64,000 nt of DNA, from positions 22,449 through 86,448 of the forward strand of contig DATKSQ010000143.1 in the NCBI GenBank assembly GCA_035531615.1. The letters run 5' to 3'. The notes below the pieces were generated by a model, which saw nothing but the letters and a program-made list of their open reading frames with translations, was not told the origin of the DNA and did no database searches. This stretch comes from Candidatus Binataceae bacterium (lineage in GTDB: Bacteria > Desulfobacterota > Binatia > Binatales > Binataceae). Shown here piece after piece: positions 19,454 through 27,946 of the stretch. The number at the start of each line of letters is the position of its first letter. The first letter of the stretch is position 1. A program made the position numbers and the translations under genes.

Positions 19454-20853
19454 CTCCGCCGGTCCGCCGGACTCCCGCGCCGCCCGCCGCCGTGATCCGC
19501 AAGCCGGGCGCCGGCGCGGGCCTTGGCGCGCGGCGAATCGCGCTCGAGATTCTGCTCGAAGCCGAACATCGCGGCGGTTACGCGGACGCGATGCTCGGCG
19601 CCCGGATCGCCGCGCAGGAACCCGCCGATCGCCGCCTGATTACTCGCCTGGTGCTCGGCACTCTCGCGTGGCGCGGGCGGCTCGATTACGAACTCGAGCA
19701 ACTGACCGGGCGCGACCTTGCGGGCATCCAGCCCGAGGCTCTCGAACTCATGCGGATGGGGCTCTTGCAGCTCCGGTTTCTGGATCGGATGCCGGTGCAC
19801 GCCGTCGTGTCCACTACCGTCGAGCTGGCCAAGCGCGGCGCCGCGAGCAGGGTTGCGGCCGGATTTATCAACGCGGTGATGCGCCGCGCGACGCGCGAAA
19901 CGATCGCGCTGCCGCCGCGTGAGCCCGACCTGGCGCGGCATCTGGCGGTCGCGTACTCGCATCCGCGATGGCTCGTCGAGCGGTTCATCGAATGGTTCGG
20001 CGCCGACGGCGCGGAGCGCTTGCTGGCCGCCGACAACGAGGCCGCGCCCAACGTGCTGCGGCTGAATCTCGGGCTCGGTTCGCGCGCTGAAATAATCGAG
20101 CGCCTGGTCGAGCAGGGGTTCGAGATTGGCGATGGCGGCTACGCGCCCGAGACGATTCGCCTTGCGGGCGCAGCGCGGTTCGACTCCGAGGCGTATCGCG
20201 CGGGGCTGTTCGTCGCGCAATCGGAGGCCTCACAACTGGTGGCGCGGATGCTCGCGCCGCGCACGGGCGCGGTGCTTGTCGATCTGGCGGCGGCGCCGGG
20301 AGGCAAATCGACTCATCTCGCGGAACTGGCGGGATCGGACGCGCGGATTATCGCGCTCGATCGAAGTTATGCGGGGCTGAAAAACGCGCGCGAGCTTGCG
20401 CATCGGCTCCGCCATCACAATCTCGAATTTGTCCGCGCCGACGCCGCCGTGGCGCTGCCGCTACGCGCGGCGAGTGCCGAGTTCGTGCTGCTCGACGCGC
20501 CCTGCACGGGGCTGGGCACGCTGCGCGAGCATCCGGAGATCAGGTGGCGCGTGCGGCCCGAGGATCCGGTGCGGATTGCGGTCCTGCAATCGCGGATGCT
20601 CGAGAATGCGGCGGCGATCGTGCGCCCGGGCGGCGCGATCGTTTACTCGGTGTGCAGCCTCGCGCCGCCCGAGGGCGAAAATGTGGTGCGCGGCTTTATC
20701 GACGCGCATCGCGAGTTCGAGGTCGATTGCGCGCCCGCAATCCGCGCCGAAGCGCCGGACCTATTCGACGCCGCGGGCTTCATGCGCACGCGGCCGGATC
20801 GCGGCGGGCTCGACGGCTTCTTCGCCGCGCGGATGATCAGGAAATCGGCCTGA
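19450..20853 (+). CDS. rsmB: 16S rRNA (cytosine-C5) methyltransferase RsmB/Sun
   Basis: The ATG at 19450 overlaps the fmt stop (ATGA). N-terminal NusB-like region RRIALEILLEAEHRGGYAD; SAM-binding site LAAAPGGKSTHLAE; DAPCTGLGTLREHPEIRWR; SVCSL. Confidence 0.88.
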   Translation: MTPPVRRTPAPPAAVIRKPGAGAGLGARRIALEILLEAEHRGGYADAMLGARIAAQEPADRRLITRLVLGTLAWRGRLDYELEQLTGRDLAGIQPEALELMRMGLLQLRFLDRMPVHAVVSTTVELAKRGAASRVAAGFINAVMRRATRETIALPPREPDLARHLAVAYSHPRWLVERFIEWFGADGAERLLAADNEAAPNVLRLNLGLGSRAEIIERLVEQGFEIGDGGYAPETIRLAGAARFDSEAYRAGLFVAQSEASQLVARMLAPRTGAVLVDLAAAPGGKSTHLAELAGSDARIIALDRSYAGLKNARELAHRLRHHNLEFVRADAAVALPLRAASAEFVLLDAPCTGLGTLREHPEIRWRVRPEDPVRIAVLQSRMLENAAAIVRPGGAIVYSVCSLAPPEGENVVRGFIDAHREFEVDCAPAIRAEAPDLFDAAGFMRTRPDRGGLDGFFAARMIRKSA

Positions 20854-21007
20854 GCGTATCGCCCTCACAGAGGCTGCGCGTACCGCTTTACCGCGCAAAT
20901 CTGCTTCCTGCGCGCTATGCCACCGCAGCCCGTGGACGGCGCTTTGATTTTTCATTCCTGCCAATCGCGATTTGGCATAGATTCAAGAAGTGCTGAAGTG
21001 AACGCGG

Positions 21008-21721
21008 ATGCGCATGAGCACGGAAAAGATCGAGAGGATTTTCGCAAGCGCGGTCGCAGGGATTCGAGGCGGCGCGTCGGCGTCCGCTGGGCGCTCGATT
21101 GCGGGCATCGCGATCCTCGCGCTCGTGATTGCGGTGCTGGCCGGATGCTCCGCGCAGAGTCGTAGGTGGGAGTCCTCAAATCCGTCGTATGCATCGCCGG
21201 CGTCTGGCGCTTACCGCGCCAATCCTGTTGTCAAGCCGCACGTCGAAGTGGCGTCGTGGTACGGCCCCGGATTTCAGGGTCATCCAACCAGCACCGGCGA
21301 GCGCTACAACCAATACGGGCTTACGGCGGCCTCTAAAACTCTGCCGCTTGGAACCCGTGTGCGGGTGACCAATCCCGCCAACGGGCGCTCGGTGGATGTG
21401 CGGATCAACGATCGCGGTCCTTATGTTCGCGGCCGCTCGCTCGATCTGTCCAGGGGCGCCGCGCAGCGGCTCGGCATCACCGGCCAGGGCGTCGCGCCGG
21501 TTGTGGTGTCCTCGCCGGGGAGTGCGCCGACCAAGACGGTCTATGTGCCGCGGGGGCGCGTCGCGGTGGTGGATTACCGGTCGCCCCGGCGCGGCATGAA
21601 ACGCAAGCGCTGGATCACTCCGGGCTCGCGCACCCGCCATCGCACCTACCGGCGGCATCACACGCGCCAAGTGTGGAGTCCCGTGGGCGCATGGATCGCA
21701 GATTCGTTGCCGCGCTTCTGA
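21008..21721 (+). CDS. rlpA: Septal ring lytic transglycosylase RlpA-family lipoprotein (DPBB domain)
   Basis: Lipobox VLAGC, then VASWYGPGFQGHPTSTGERYNQYGLTAASKTLPLGTRVRVTNPANGRSVDVRINDRGPY. Confidence 0.85.
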   Translation: MRMSTEKIERIFASAVAGIRGGASASAGRSIAGIAILALVIAVLAGCSAQSRRWESSNPSYASPASGAYRANPVVKPHVEVASWYGPGFQGHPTSTGERYNQYGLTAASKTLPLGTRVRVTNPANGRSVDVRINDRGPYVRGRSLDLSRGAAQRLGITGQGVAPVVVSSPGSAPTKTVYVPRGRVAVVDYRSPRRGMKRKRWITPGSRTRHRTYRRHHTRQVWSPVGAWIADSLPRF

Positions 21722-21851
21722 TCGATTGAATTGTGGTTCTCGATGACGCGCCCCGGCGCTTGCGCTCTTTCCGTGCCCGGCCCGATAGATTAGTTCTAGC
21801 TCATGGCGCGCGCCGGACGCGTGGCGCCGATCTCATCTGGCGCGAGGCGAT

Positions 21852-22670
21852 TTGATGGAGACGGCAGTTACCAGCAAGCTCAAGCAACTCGATGAGGCGA
21901 TCGGCCGCCACGTGCGGCCCGACACCTTTCCGCTCGGTATCCGAATGCTCAAGCCCGGGGAAGCGGTTCCCGAAGGCCTGCGCATCCCAAGCAAGAGCAT
22001 GGGCGAGCACTGGATCATATGCCAATCGATCGGAGTGGCGCGGCGCTACGGATGGGGTATCGCGGTCGGCAAAGAGGACGTGATCTGTCCGCTTTCCGCG
22101 ATCGCGTTCGGATTTCGCAAGCCCAATGACGAATACCTGCACGGCTTCGCCTCGAACGGGATGTACTGCGAGAACGAGGATGCCGCCGAGCGCCTCGAGG
22201 CGGGAGTGTGGCGCTTCGAGCCCGGCACCTATGACTACGTATGCGTCGCGCCGCTGGCTCGCGCGGCGTTCGAGCCGCAGGTCGTCGCCGTGTACGCCAA
22301 CAGCGCGCAGGTGATGCGCCTGGTGAACGCCGCTCTCTACACGCGCGGCGGCAGAATCGAGAGCACGACAGGAGGCCGGCTCGATTGCGCGGAAATAGTC
22401 ATCCAGACGATGACCACCGCCGCGCCCAAGGTGATCATCCCGTGCAACGGCGATCGCGTGTTCGGGATGGCGCAGGACACCGAGATGGTGTTCGCGTGCC
22501 CGTGGGGCTTCGTGGACGAGCTGCTCAAGGGACTCGAAGGAACACACAAGGGAGGAGTGCGATATCCGATTCCGGTCGCGATGCGCGGCACGGTCACGAT
22601 GCCGAAGCATTACCAGGAGCTGCTCGCGATGCTCGAGCAGAGGGACCAGAAGCCGGCCGACGAGAAGTAA
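21852..22670 (+). CDS. DUF169-family protein (assigned from sequence memory)
   Basis: The ~270-aa length and segments such as PLGIRMLKPGE...CQSIGVARRYGWGIAVGKEDVICP resemble DUF169/COG2043 proteins. This has not been verified by search. Confidence 0.6.
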   Translation: MMETAVTSKLKQLDEAIGRHVRPDTFPLGIRMLKPGEAVPEGLRIPSKSMGEHWIICQSIGVARRYGWGIAVGKEDVICPLSAIAFGFRKPNDEYLHGFASNGMYCENEDAAERLEAGVWRFEPGTYDYVCVAPLARAAFEPQVVAVYANSAQVMRLVNAALYTRGGRIESTTGGRLDCAEIVIQTMTTAAPKVIIPCNGDRVFGMAQDTEMVFACPWGFVDELLKGLEGTHKGGVRYPIPVAMRGTVTMPKHYQELLAMLEQRDQKPADEK

Positions 22671-22696
22671 TAATCTTCTGACTATTCGGAAACGAA

Positions 22697-22731
22697 GCGA
22701 CGGGCGGTCCTGAAGCTGGACCGCCCGTCGC
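22697..22731. terminator. Bidirectional stem-loop between convergent genes
   Basis: Perfect 14-bp stem GCGACGGGCGGTCC / GGACCGCCCGTCGC with a 7-nt loop, between the DUF169 gene (+) and the Spy-like gene (-). Confidence 0.6.
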
Positions 22732-22761
22732 ACATTACTATCGGACTATACTGACTAGCGC

Positions 22762-23253
22762 TTAATCGTCGGCGGGCGGAGGGCCGTCCTGTCCCGCGGA
22801 CATTAGCGCATGCATCTGCTGGTGCAGCGCCTGCATCTGCGTATAGGTGCTGCCTGCCTGCGCGAGCTGCGCGGCGCTCAGGACGCCGCGAATCTGGATG
22901 GCGGTTTGCAGGAACGCCTGGTCGATCTGGCTCTGGATCTGTTCGTTGGCCGTCACCAGTGGCGTCAGTTCAGCGGCTGTTACCGATCCGGCGGACAGGT
23001 ATTTTGTGGCCACTGCTTCGCGTCCGGCGCGCAGTTGCTGAAATAGAGGCTTAAACGTGGCGAATTGCGAATGCATGATCGTGTGAATCTGCTGGCGCTG
23101 CGCCGAGGTCAAATTCGCCGAGTGCAGCACCAGCGGCATCGATATGCCGACCGCGCCGCCGCAATGATGGCCGTGCATGTGCGCCGCGGCGGGCGCAGCC
23201 GTAAGTGCGAGTGCGAACACTCCGGTGGCGAGTCCAATCCATTTTGCTTTCAT
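22762..23253 (-). CDS. Periplasmic Spy/CpxP/ZraP-like LTXXQ protein, His-rich
   Basis: Signal peptide MKAKWIGLATGVFALALTAAPAAA, then HMHGHHCGG. LTSAQRQQI and LSAAQLAQ are LTXXQ motifs. The start was chosen at internal Met 23253. Confidence 0.7.
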   Translation of the reverse strand: MKAKWIGLATGVFALALTAAPAAAHMHGHHCGGAVGISMPLVLHSANLTSAQRQQIHTIMHSQFATFKPLFQQLRAGREAVATKYLSAGSVTAAELTPLVTANEQIQSQIDQAFLQTAIQIRGVLSAAQLAQAGSTYTQMQALHQQMHALMSAGQDGPPPADD

Positions 23254-23557
23254 TTCCGTGGTCTCCTTCGGTTGCGGGTTCATCTCGTTACGCGAGCGGG
23301 GACTCGGACGCACGGCCGGCCCGGGGGATGATGTTCCGGCGGAGCGATCGCAAGCCGCTTAAAGCCTGCAACCGCCTGCTTCGTTATCCTCGCTCTCAAG
23401 ACGAAAGACGCGGGCGTGTGACGCGAGTTGCGTACCCACGAGCGCGCGGTGATGTAATACAGGCGCAGCCGGACGGGTCTTCTTGCGGCAAGCACGCCGG
23501 GCGATTATATCGACCGCAACCCGGGCAGCCGAGGCGCGTCTGGCGGATAGGAGAGTA

Positions 23558-24178
23558 GTGGGAAATCGTTGCCTCAAGCACGAGGATCCGATTGCGATCG
23601 TCAGGCGCGCGCAAGCGGGCGACGGCGCCGCGCTCGAGGAACTGATCGTGCTCTACCAGGAACGAATCGGCGGGTTCATCTATTCACTGCTGGGCGATCC
23701 GGACGCGATCGCGGATTTGTGCCATTCGGTGTTCGTGAAGATGATCACCGGGCTCGAGCGGCTGCGCGAGCCGGCGAGCTTCGAGCCGTGGATGTTCCGA
23801 ATCGCGCGCAACGCGTGCAACGATTTTCTGCGCCGCAAGCGGATTCGCCAGATCTTCGTGCCGTTCGAGCGCAAGCACGAGCAGATCGCCGCGCCGGCCC
23901 GCGCCGAGCGCGACAGCAGAATCGACGCGATGCGCCGCGCGATAGCCGAGCTGCCGGCGCGCCAGCGCGAGCTGATCTCGCTGTTGCAGGACCGCGAATG
24001 GAGCTACGAGGATCTGGCGCGGATCACGCGGACCACGGTTGGCTCGGTCAAGTCGCGCCTGTTTCGAGCGCGCGAATTTCTGCGCGAGAAAATCACCGCC
24101 GAGGAGTTGCGCGACCTCGAGCTCCAAGCTCCGCGCCCGGACTTGCGCGGCGCCTCGAGCGCGCAACCTCAGGAGTAA
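23558..24178 (+). CDS. ECF-type RNA polymerase sigma-70 family factor
   Basis: Region 2 is FEPWMFRIARNACNDFLRRKR; region 4 is LPARQRELISLLQDREWSYEDLARITRTTVGSVKSRLFRAREFL. The GTG start at 23558 follows GGAGAG; the track ORF starts at 23483. Confidence 0.88.
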   Translation: MGNRCLKHEDPIAIVRRAQAGDGAALEELIVLYQERIGGFIYSLLGDPDAIADLCHSVFVKMITGLERLREPASFEPWMFRIARNACNDFLRRKRIRQIFVPFERKHEQIAAPARAERDSRIDAMRRAIAELPARQRELISLLQDREWSYEDLARITRTTVGSVKSRLFRAREFLREKITAEELRDLELQAPRPDLRGASSAQPQE

Positions 24179-24182
24179 TGAG

Positions 24183-24443
24183 ATGACTACCAGATTTGGC
24201 TATTCACAACGCCGTGAAGCGGCGCGCCGTTTGCCCGCGGGCTTCCCGGCCAGCGTAATCTCCGACGCGCGATCGGTGGTGCGGGGCGTGAGCGAGCGCC
24301 GCCTGATGGCGATAACCGGCGCGGCCTGTATCGCGCTGGTGATCTCCGCGCACTGGGCGATCAACGCGGCCGACAGCCGCGCCAACCTTGCGCAATGGTC
24401 AAGCACCGCGAGCCAGATCGTAGCGCTCGAAGAAACTCCATGA
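24183..24443 (+). CDS. Putative single-pass anti-sigma factor (86 aa)
   Basis: The ATG lies 5 nt after the sigma gene's stop. There is one hydrophobic helix (AITGAACIALVISAHWAI). Its stop overlaps the next start (ATGA). The call rests on position and topology only. Confidence 0.5.
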   Translation: MTTRFGYSQRREAARRLPAGFPASVISDARSVVRGVSERRLMAITGAACIALVISAHWAINAADSRANLAQWSSTASQIVALEETP

Positions 24444-25102
24444 ACGATCGCCTGCAAACTATCGTAATAACCGTCGCGCTGTTCCTGAGCGGCCTGCTGG
24501 TCGGAGTATGGACCCAGCGCTCGCGGCCGTTTCCGCCGCCGCCAATTCCGCTGATGGGCGAATTCGCCGGTCCGCGGGTGCTCGGCGAGTCGCGCCATCA
24601 TCACTTTCATCATTTCTGGCACGAAGGATATTTCGGCCGCGGCGATCTCAGCCCCGAAGAGATGCGCCGCAAGCTCGCGGCCCTCGAACCACAAATCCAG
24701 GCGTTCAAGTCCAATATCGCCGGTATAGAGGGCGACTTCCGCAAAGGCTTCGATGCGATTCTTACGCCCGCGCAGAAAAGCAAACTCGATGATATCGAGG
24801 CCCGCCATCATCGCCATTTCGGCGCCGGTCCGATGCCCGGATGCGCCGGCGAGCTTGGCACTCCGCTCATCCCGATCGTGATCTATCGCCCGCTGCTCGA
24901 TCGGATGACCGGGATGCTCGCACTGACGCCCGCGCAGCACGATCAACTTGAATCGCTGCTGGCCGAGCGGCGCACGCGCTTTCTGAAATTCGTGGACGAC
25001 AACCCGCCGCCGAGTTTTCACTTGCGTGACATGATGCGGGACGGCCCCGCGCCGGGCGGCGGGAGTCCCGCGCCGTCGCCCTTGGCCGGCACGCCGGGCT
25101 GA
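24440..25102 (+). CDS. Membrane-anchored periplasmic LTXXQ / heavy-metal-sensor-like protein, His-rich
   Basis: N-terminal TM segment IVITVALFLSGLLVGVW; His clusters RHHHFHHFWHEG and ARHHRHF; LTPAQKSKL and LTPAQHDQL motifs. Confidence 0.65.
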   Translation: MNDRLQTIVITVALFLSGLLVGVWTQRSRPFPPPPIPLMGEFAGPRVLGESRHHHFHHFWHEGYFGRGDLSPEEMRRKLAALEPQIQAFKSNIAGIEGDFRKGFDAILTPAQKSKLDDIEARHHRHFGAGPMPGCAGELGTPLIPIVIYRPLLDRMTGMLALTPAQHDQLESLLAERRTRFLKFVDDNPPPSFHLRDMMRDGPAPGGGSPAPSPLAGTPG

Positions 25103-25156
25103 TTCGCGCGCATCGCGCGTCTCGCGAAGCGGAGCGCGTGAGGCTATCTTGTGCGC

Positions 25157-25846
25157 ATGAATCGAGTGGACAAGATCGCGCCGTCGGTGCTCGCCGCCGA
25201 CTTCGCGCGCCTTGGTGAAGAGGCCGCGCGGGTCGAGCGCGCGGGCGCGGACCTGATCCATTTCGACGTGATGGACGGGCACTTCGTGCCCAACATCTCG
25301 ATCGGCGTGCCGGTGCTCGAGTCGCTGCGCAAGATCACGCGGCTGGCGCTCGACGCGCATCTGATGATCGAGAATCCGGAAAAATATATCGAAATGTTCG
25401 TCAAGGCCGGCGCCAACTCGGTCTCGGTCCACGCCGAGGTCTGCAAGGATATTCCCGCGATGGCGAAGCGGCTGCACGATCTCGGCGCGCGCGCCTCGAT
25501 CGGCATCAACCCCGAGACCGCCGTCGAGTGCGTGCTGCCGTTCGCCGAGCATCTGGACATGATCCTGATCATGAGCGTGCATCCGGGCTTCGGGGGGCAG
25601 GAGTTTATTCCCGAGGCGCTCGAAAAGCTGCGGGTGGTCAGACGCGAGCTCGACCGGCGCGGGCTTGCGCTCGATATCGAGATCGACGGCGGCGTGAAGC
25701 TCGCCAATATCGCGGAGGTCAAGGCGGCGGGGGCCAACGTGTTTGTCTCCGGCTCCGGAATTTTCGGGCAGCCGGACTACGGCGCGATTATCCGCCAGAT
25801 GCGCGAAGAAATCGCACGCGCCGGCGCCGGTGGGGCTCGATCGTAG
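25157..25846 (+). CDS. rpe: Ribulose-phosphate 3-epimerase
   Basis: IAPSVLAADF...HFDVMDGHFVPN...MSVHPGFGGQEFI...DGG. Confidence 0.95.
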   Translation: MNRVDKIAPSVLAADFARLGEEAARVERAGADLIHFDVMDGHFVPNISIGVPVLESLRKITRLALDAHLMIENPEKYIEMFVKAGANSVSVHAEVCKDIPAMAKRLHDLGARASIGINPETAVECVLPFAEHLDMILIMSVHPGFGGQEFIPEALEKLRVVRRELDRRGLALDIEIDGGVKLANIAEVKAAGANVFVSGSGIFGQPDYGAIIRQMREEIARAGAGGARS

Positions 25847-25915
25847 CGTCGTCCGATCCAAAGAGGATTGGCGATTCTTCCTCACGAGCGCGACCGCAGC
25901 CAGCGTGGCACGAGG

Positions 25916-26098
25916 TCACCGGCGTCTTGCGAACGGATTACCCGGCTGTGAAGCTCCGCCTATTGTCGATGCGTTGACGCAGCTAAAGACGCCTGAAGTC
26001 TGCCTGCAGGGCGCCGAATTATTGCTGCCGCCGCATCCTGCGAGTATCGAAATACAGATCACGAGCAGCGCGATTGCGCCGATCTGGTGAAATTTCAT
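25916..26098 (-). CDS. Small putative lipoprotein (60 aa)
   Basis: MKFHQIGAIALLVICISILAGCGG is a signal peptide plus lipobox. The call is based on this alone. Confidence 0.45.
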   Translation of the reverse strand: MKFHQIGAIALLVICISILAGCGGSNNSAPCRQTSGVFSCVNASTIGGASQPGNPFARRR

Positions 26099-26127
26099 TC
26101 CAGCGTCCTCCTGTTCCGAGAAACTTC

Positions 26128-26151
26128 CAGGAAATTCGGCAGGAAATTCGG
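26128..26151. repeat. Exact tandem 12-mer CAGGAAATTCGG x2
   Basis: Read directly. The first unit is embedded in TTCCAGGAA. It lies 30-50 nt upstream of the small lipoprotein start on the minus strand. Confidence 0.8.
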
Positions 26152-26283
26152 AAGACATGTTACCAGATGACATGCGGATCGCCACTCCGCGAGGCTGCGA
26201 TGCGGATTGGTTTGCCCTCGCGTGGGGATGCCGGCGATGCTATAAAAGACGGTCTAAACGTTCCCGGCGCGGCAAAACGGAAT

Positions 26284-26361
26284 CGGGGTGTAGCTCAGCC
26301 TGGCCAGAGCACTGCGTTCGGGACGCAGGAGTCGCTGGTTCAAATCCAGTCACCCCGACCA
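26284..26361 (+). tRNA. tRNA-Pro (anticodon CGG), CCA encoded
   Basis: Manual cloverleaf: acceptor CGGGGTG/CACCCCG, D arm GCTC-AGCCTGGCCA-GAGC, anticodon stem CTGCG/CGCAG with loop TTCGGGA, T arm GCTGG-TTCAAAT-CCAGT, discriminator A, then CCA. Confidence 0.95.
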
Positions 26362-26389
26362 TTCTTGCTTGCCGCAAACTGGAGACGTC

Positions 26390-27001
26390 GTGCTTACCCT
26401 CATTGTCCTCGTAATCGGCGCATACCTGGTCGGATCGATCCCGTTCGGCGTGATTGTCGGGCGGATGCGCGGGTTCGACCCGCGCGCGGTCGGCTCGGGA
26501 AATATCGGGATGACCAACGTCGCGCGCGCGGGCGGGGCCAGCGCCGCGATCATCACGTTCGTCGGCGATGTCCTCAAAGGAGCATTGCCGGTTCTCTTCG
26601 CGCGCCTGGCGGGCTTTGGCCCCGCGGCCATCGCATGGACTGCGCTCGGCGCGTTCGTAGGCTCGATCTGCTCGGTCTTCCTGCGCTTTGGCGGCGGCAA
26701 GGGCGGCTCCGCAGCGCTCGGAATCTGGCTCGCGATTTCGCCGCTCGCCGTATTGATAGCTGCTGCCGCGTTCGCGATTGTATTCGCGATCTTCCGGATC
26801 ATGTCGCTCGCGTCTCTGGCCGCCGCGATCGCGGGTCCCCCTGCCGTCGCGGTGCTGCACCTGCCGGGGCCCTACTTGCTGCTCATTATCGTCATGGCCG
26901 CGCTAATGCTCCTGCGGTTTCACGCGAATATCGCGCGCCTGATTCGCGGCGAGGAACCGGTGTTTTGGCCCAAGCGCAAATCCGACGGAGCAGCGGCGTG
27001 A
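26390..27001 (+). CDS. plsY: Glycerol-3-phosphate acyltransferase PlsY
   Basis: IGAYLVGSIPFGVIVGR...GSGNIGMTNVAR. The GTG start at 26390 is preferred because the track start at 26369 lies only 8 nt after the tRNA. Confidence 0.92.
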   Translation: MLTLIVLVIGAYLVGSIPFGVIVGRMRGFDPRAVGSGNIGMTNVARAGGASAAIITFVGDVLKGALPVLFARLAGFGPAAIAWTALGAFVGSICSVFLRFGGGKGGSAALGIWLAISPLAVLIAAAAFAIVFAIFRIMSLASLAAAIAGPPAVAVLHLPGPYLLLIIVMAALMLLRFHANIARLIRGEEPVFWPKRKSDGAAA

Positions 27002-27093
27002 CGGCGATGCCTGTGGATTCATCGTTCGCCAGTCAGATGAGCATCGCCCCGGGCGGATCCAGCGCTCGCAAGGCGAATTACACAGCTTCGCGA

Positions 27094-27109
27094 TGGCATC
27101 GCGATTGCC
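27094..27109 (+). promoter_or_regulatory. Candidate sigma-54 promoter upstream of glnB
   Basis: TGGCATcgcgaTTGCC fits TGGCAC-N5-TTGCW with correct GG-N10-GC spacing, ~130 nt upstream of the glnB ATG. Confidence 0.35.
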
Positions 27110-27220
27110 TGTCGATACCCGGAGCCTGCCGCCCCGAGCGGGGACTTGCGCAACCCGTGGCGAAGGGGAAAAGCTAAGGCAGCCTTGCGTGACGGCTCGC
27201 GTGCCGCCCAGGCCAGGTGA

Positions 27221-27577
<357 letters not shown>

Positions 27578-27606
27578 GCGCGGGCCGCGGCAAACCAAAG
27601 AGTCGG

Positions 27607-27638
27607 CACGGCGGTTGGTCGTCCAACCGCCGTGTTTT
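27607..27638 (+). terminator. Intrinsic terminator after glnB
   Basis: 12-bp stem CACGGCGGTTGG / CCAACCGCCGTG, loop TCGT, followed by TTTT. Confidence 0.7.
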
Positions 27639-27880
27639 CAAAAGAGCTTCGAGGCCAGCTTCATGATTTCCGGAATTGCTTCGCGAGGAATCGGCACGTA
27701 GGTTTTTCCAATCTCTTCGGCGTCCATTCCCTCGGCCAGGCAGGCGAGCACGAACGAAACCGCCAGCCGTGTACCTCGCACGGCAAGCTTGCCGCCAAGC
27801 AGATCGGGGTCGCGGACAATCCATTTGTAGTTTTCGTAAGCGGCGGGCCGCCAGCTACTTTCGTTCTTCGGCGTCGCCAT
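27638..27880 (-). CDS. DUF433-domain protein (antitoxin-like, no partner gene)
   Basis: IVRDPDLLGGKLAVRGTRLAVSFVLACLAEGMDAEEI matches the DUF433 core. The start was chosen at MATPKNES (27880). Confidence 0.75.
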   Translation of the reverse strand: MATPKNESSWRPAAYENYKWIVRDPDLLGGKLAVRGTRLAVSFVLACLAEGMDAEEIGKTYVPIPREAIPEIMKLASKLF

Positions 27881-27946
27881 AGCCGTTCCTCGCGCCTCGA
27901 TGATACCGCTCGGCAACAATCGCTCGCAATGCGGTGACCCGGTCGC

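Noticed and set aside
20959-20977. Near-palindrome TGCCAATCGCGATTTGGCA upstream of rlpA, containing TTGGCAT that resembles a sigma-54 -24 box
   Set aside because: There is no TTGC -12 element at the required spacing, and the palindrome has a one-base asymmetry. It is possibly an operator, but there is nothing to support a call.
24200-25885. 561-aa minus-strand ORF, one of the longest in the track
   Set aside because: It is antisense to the LTXXQ gene and to a textbook rpe. The translation is R/A/G/H-rich low complexity with no recognisable motif. This is a typical shadow ORF of GC-rich DNA.
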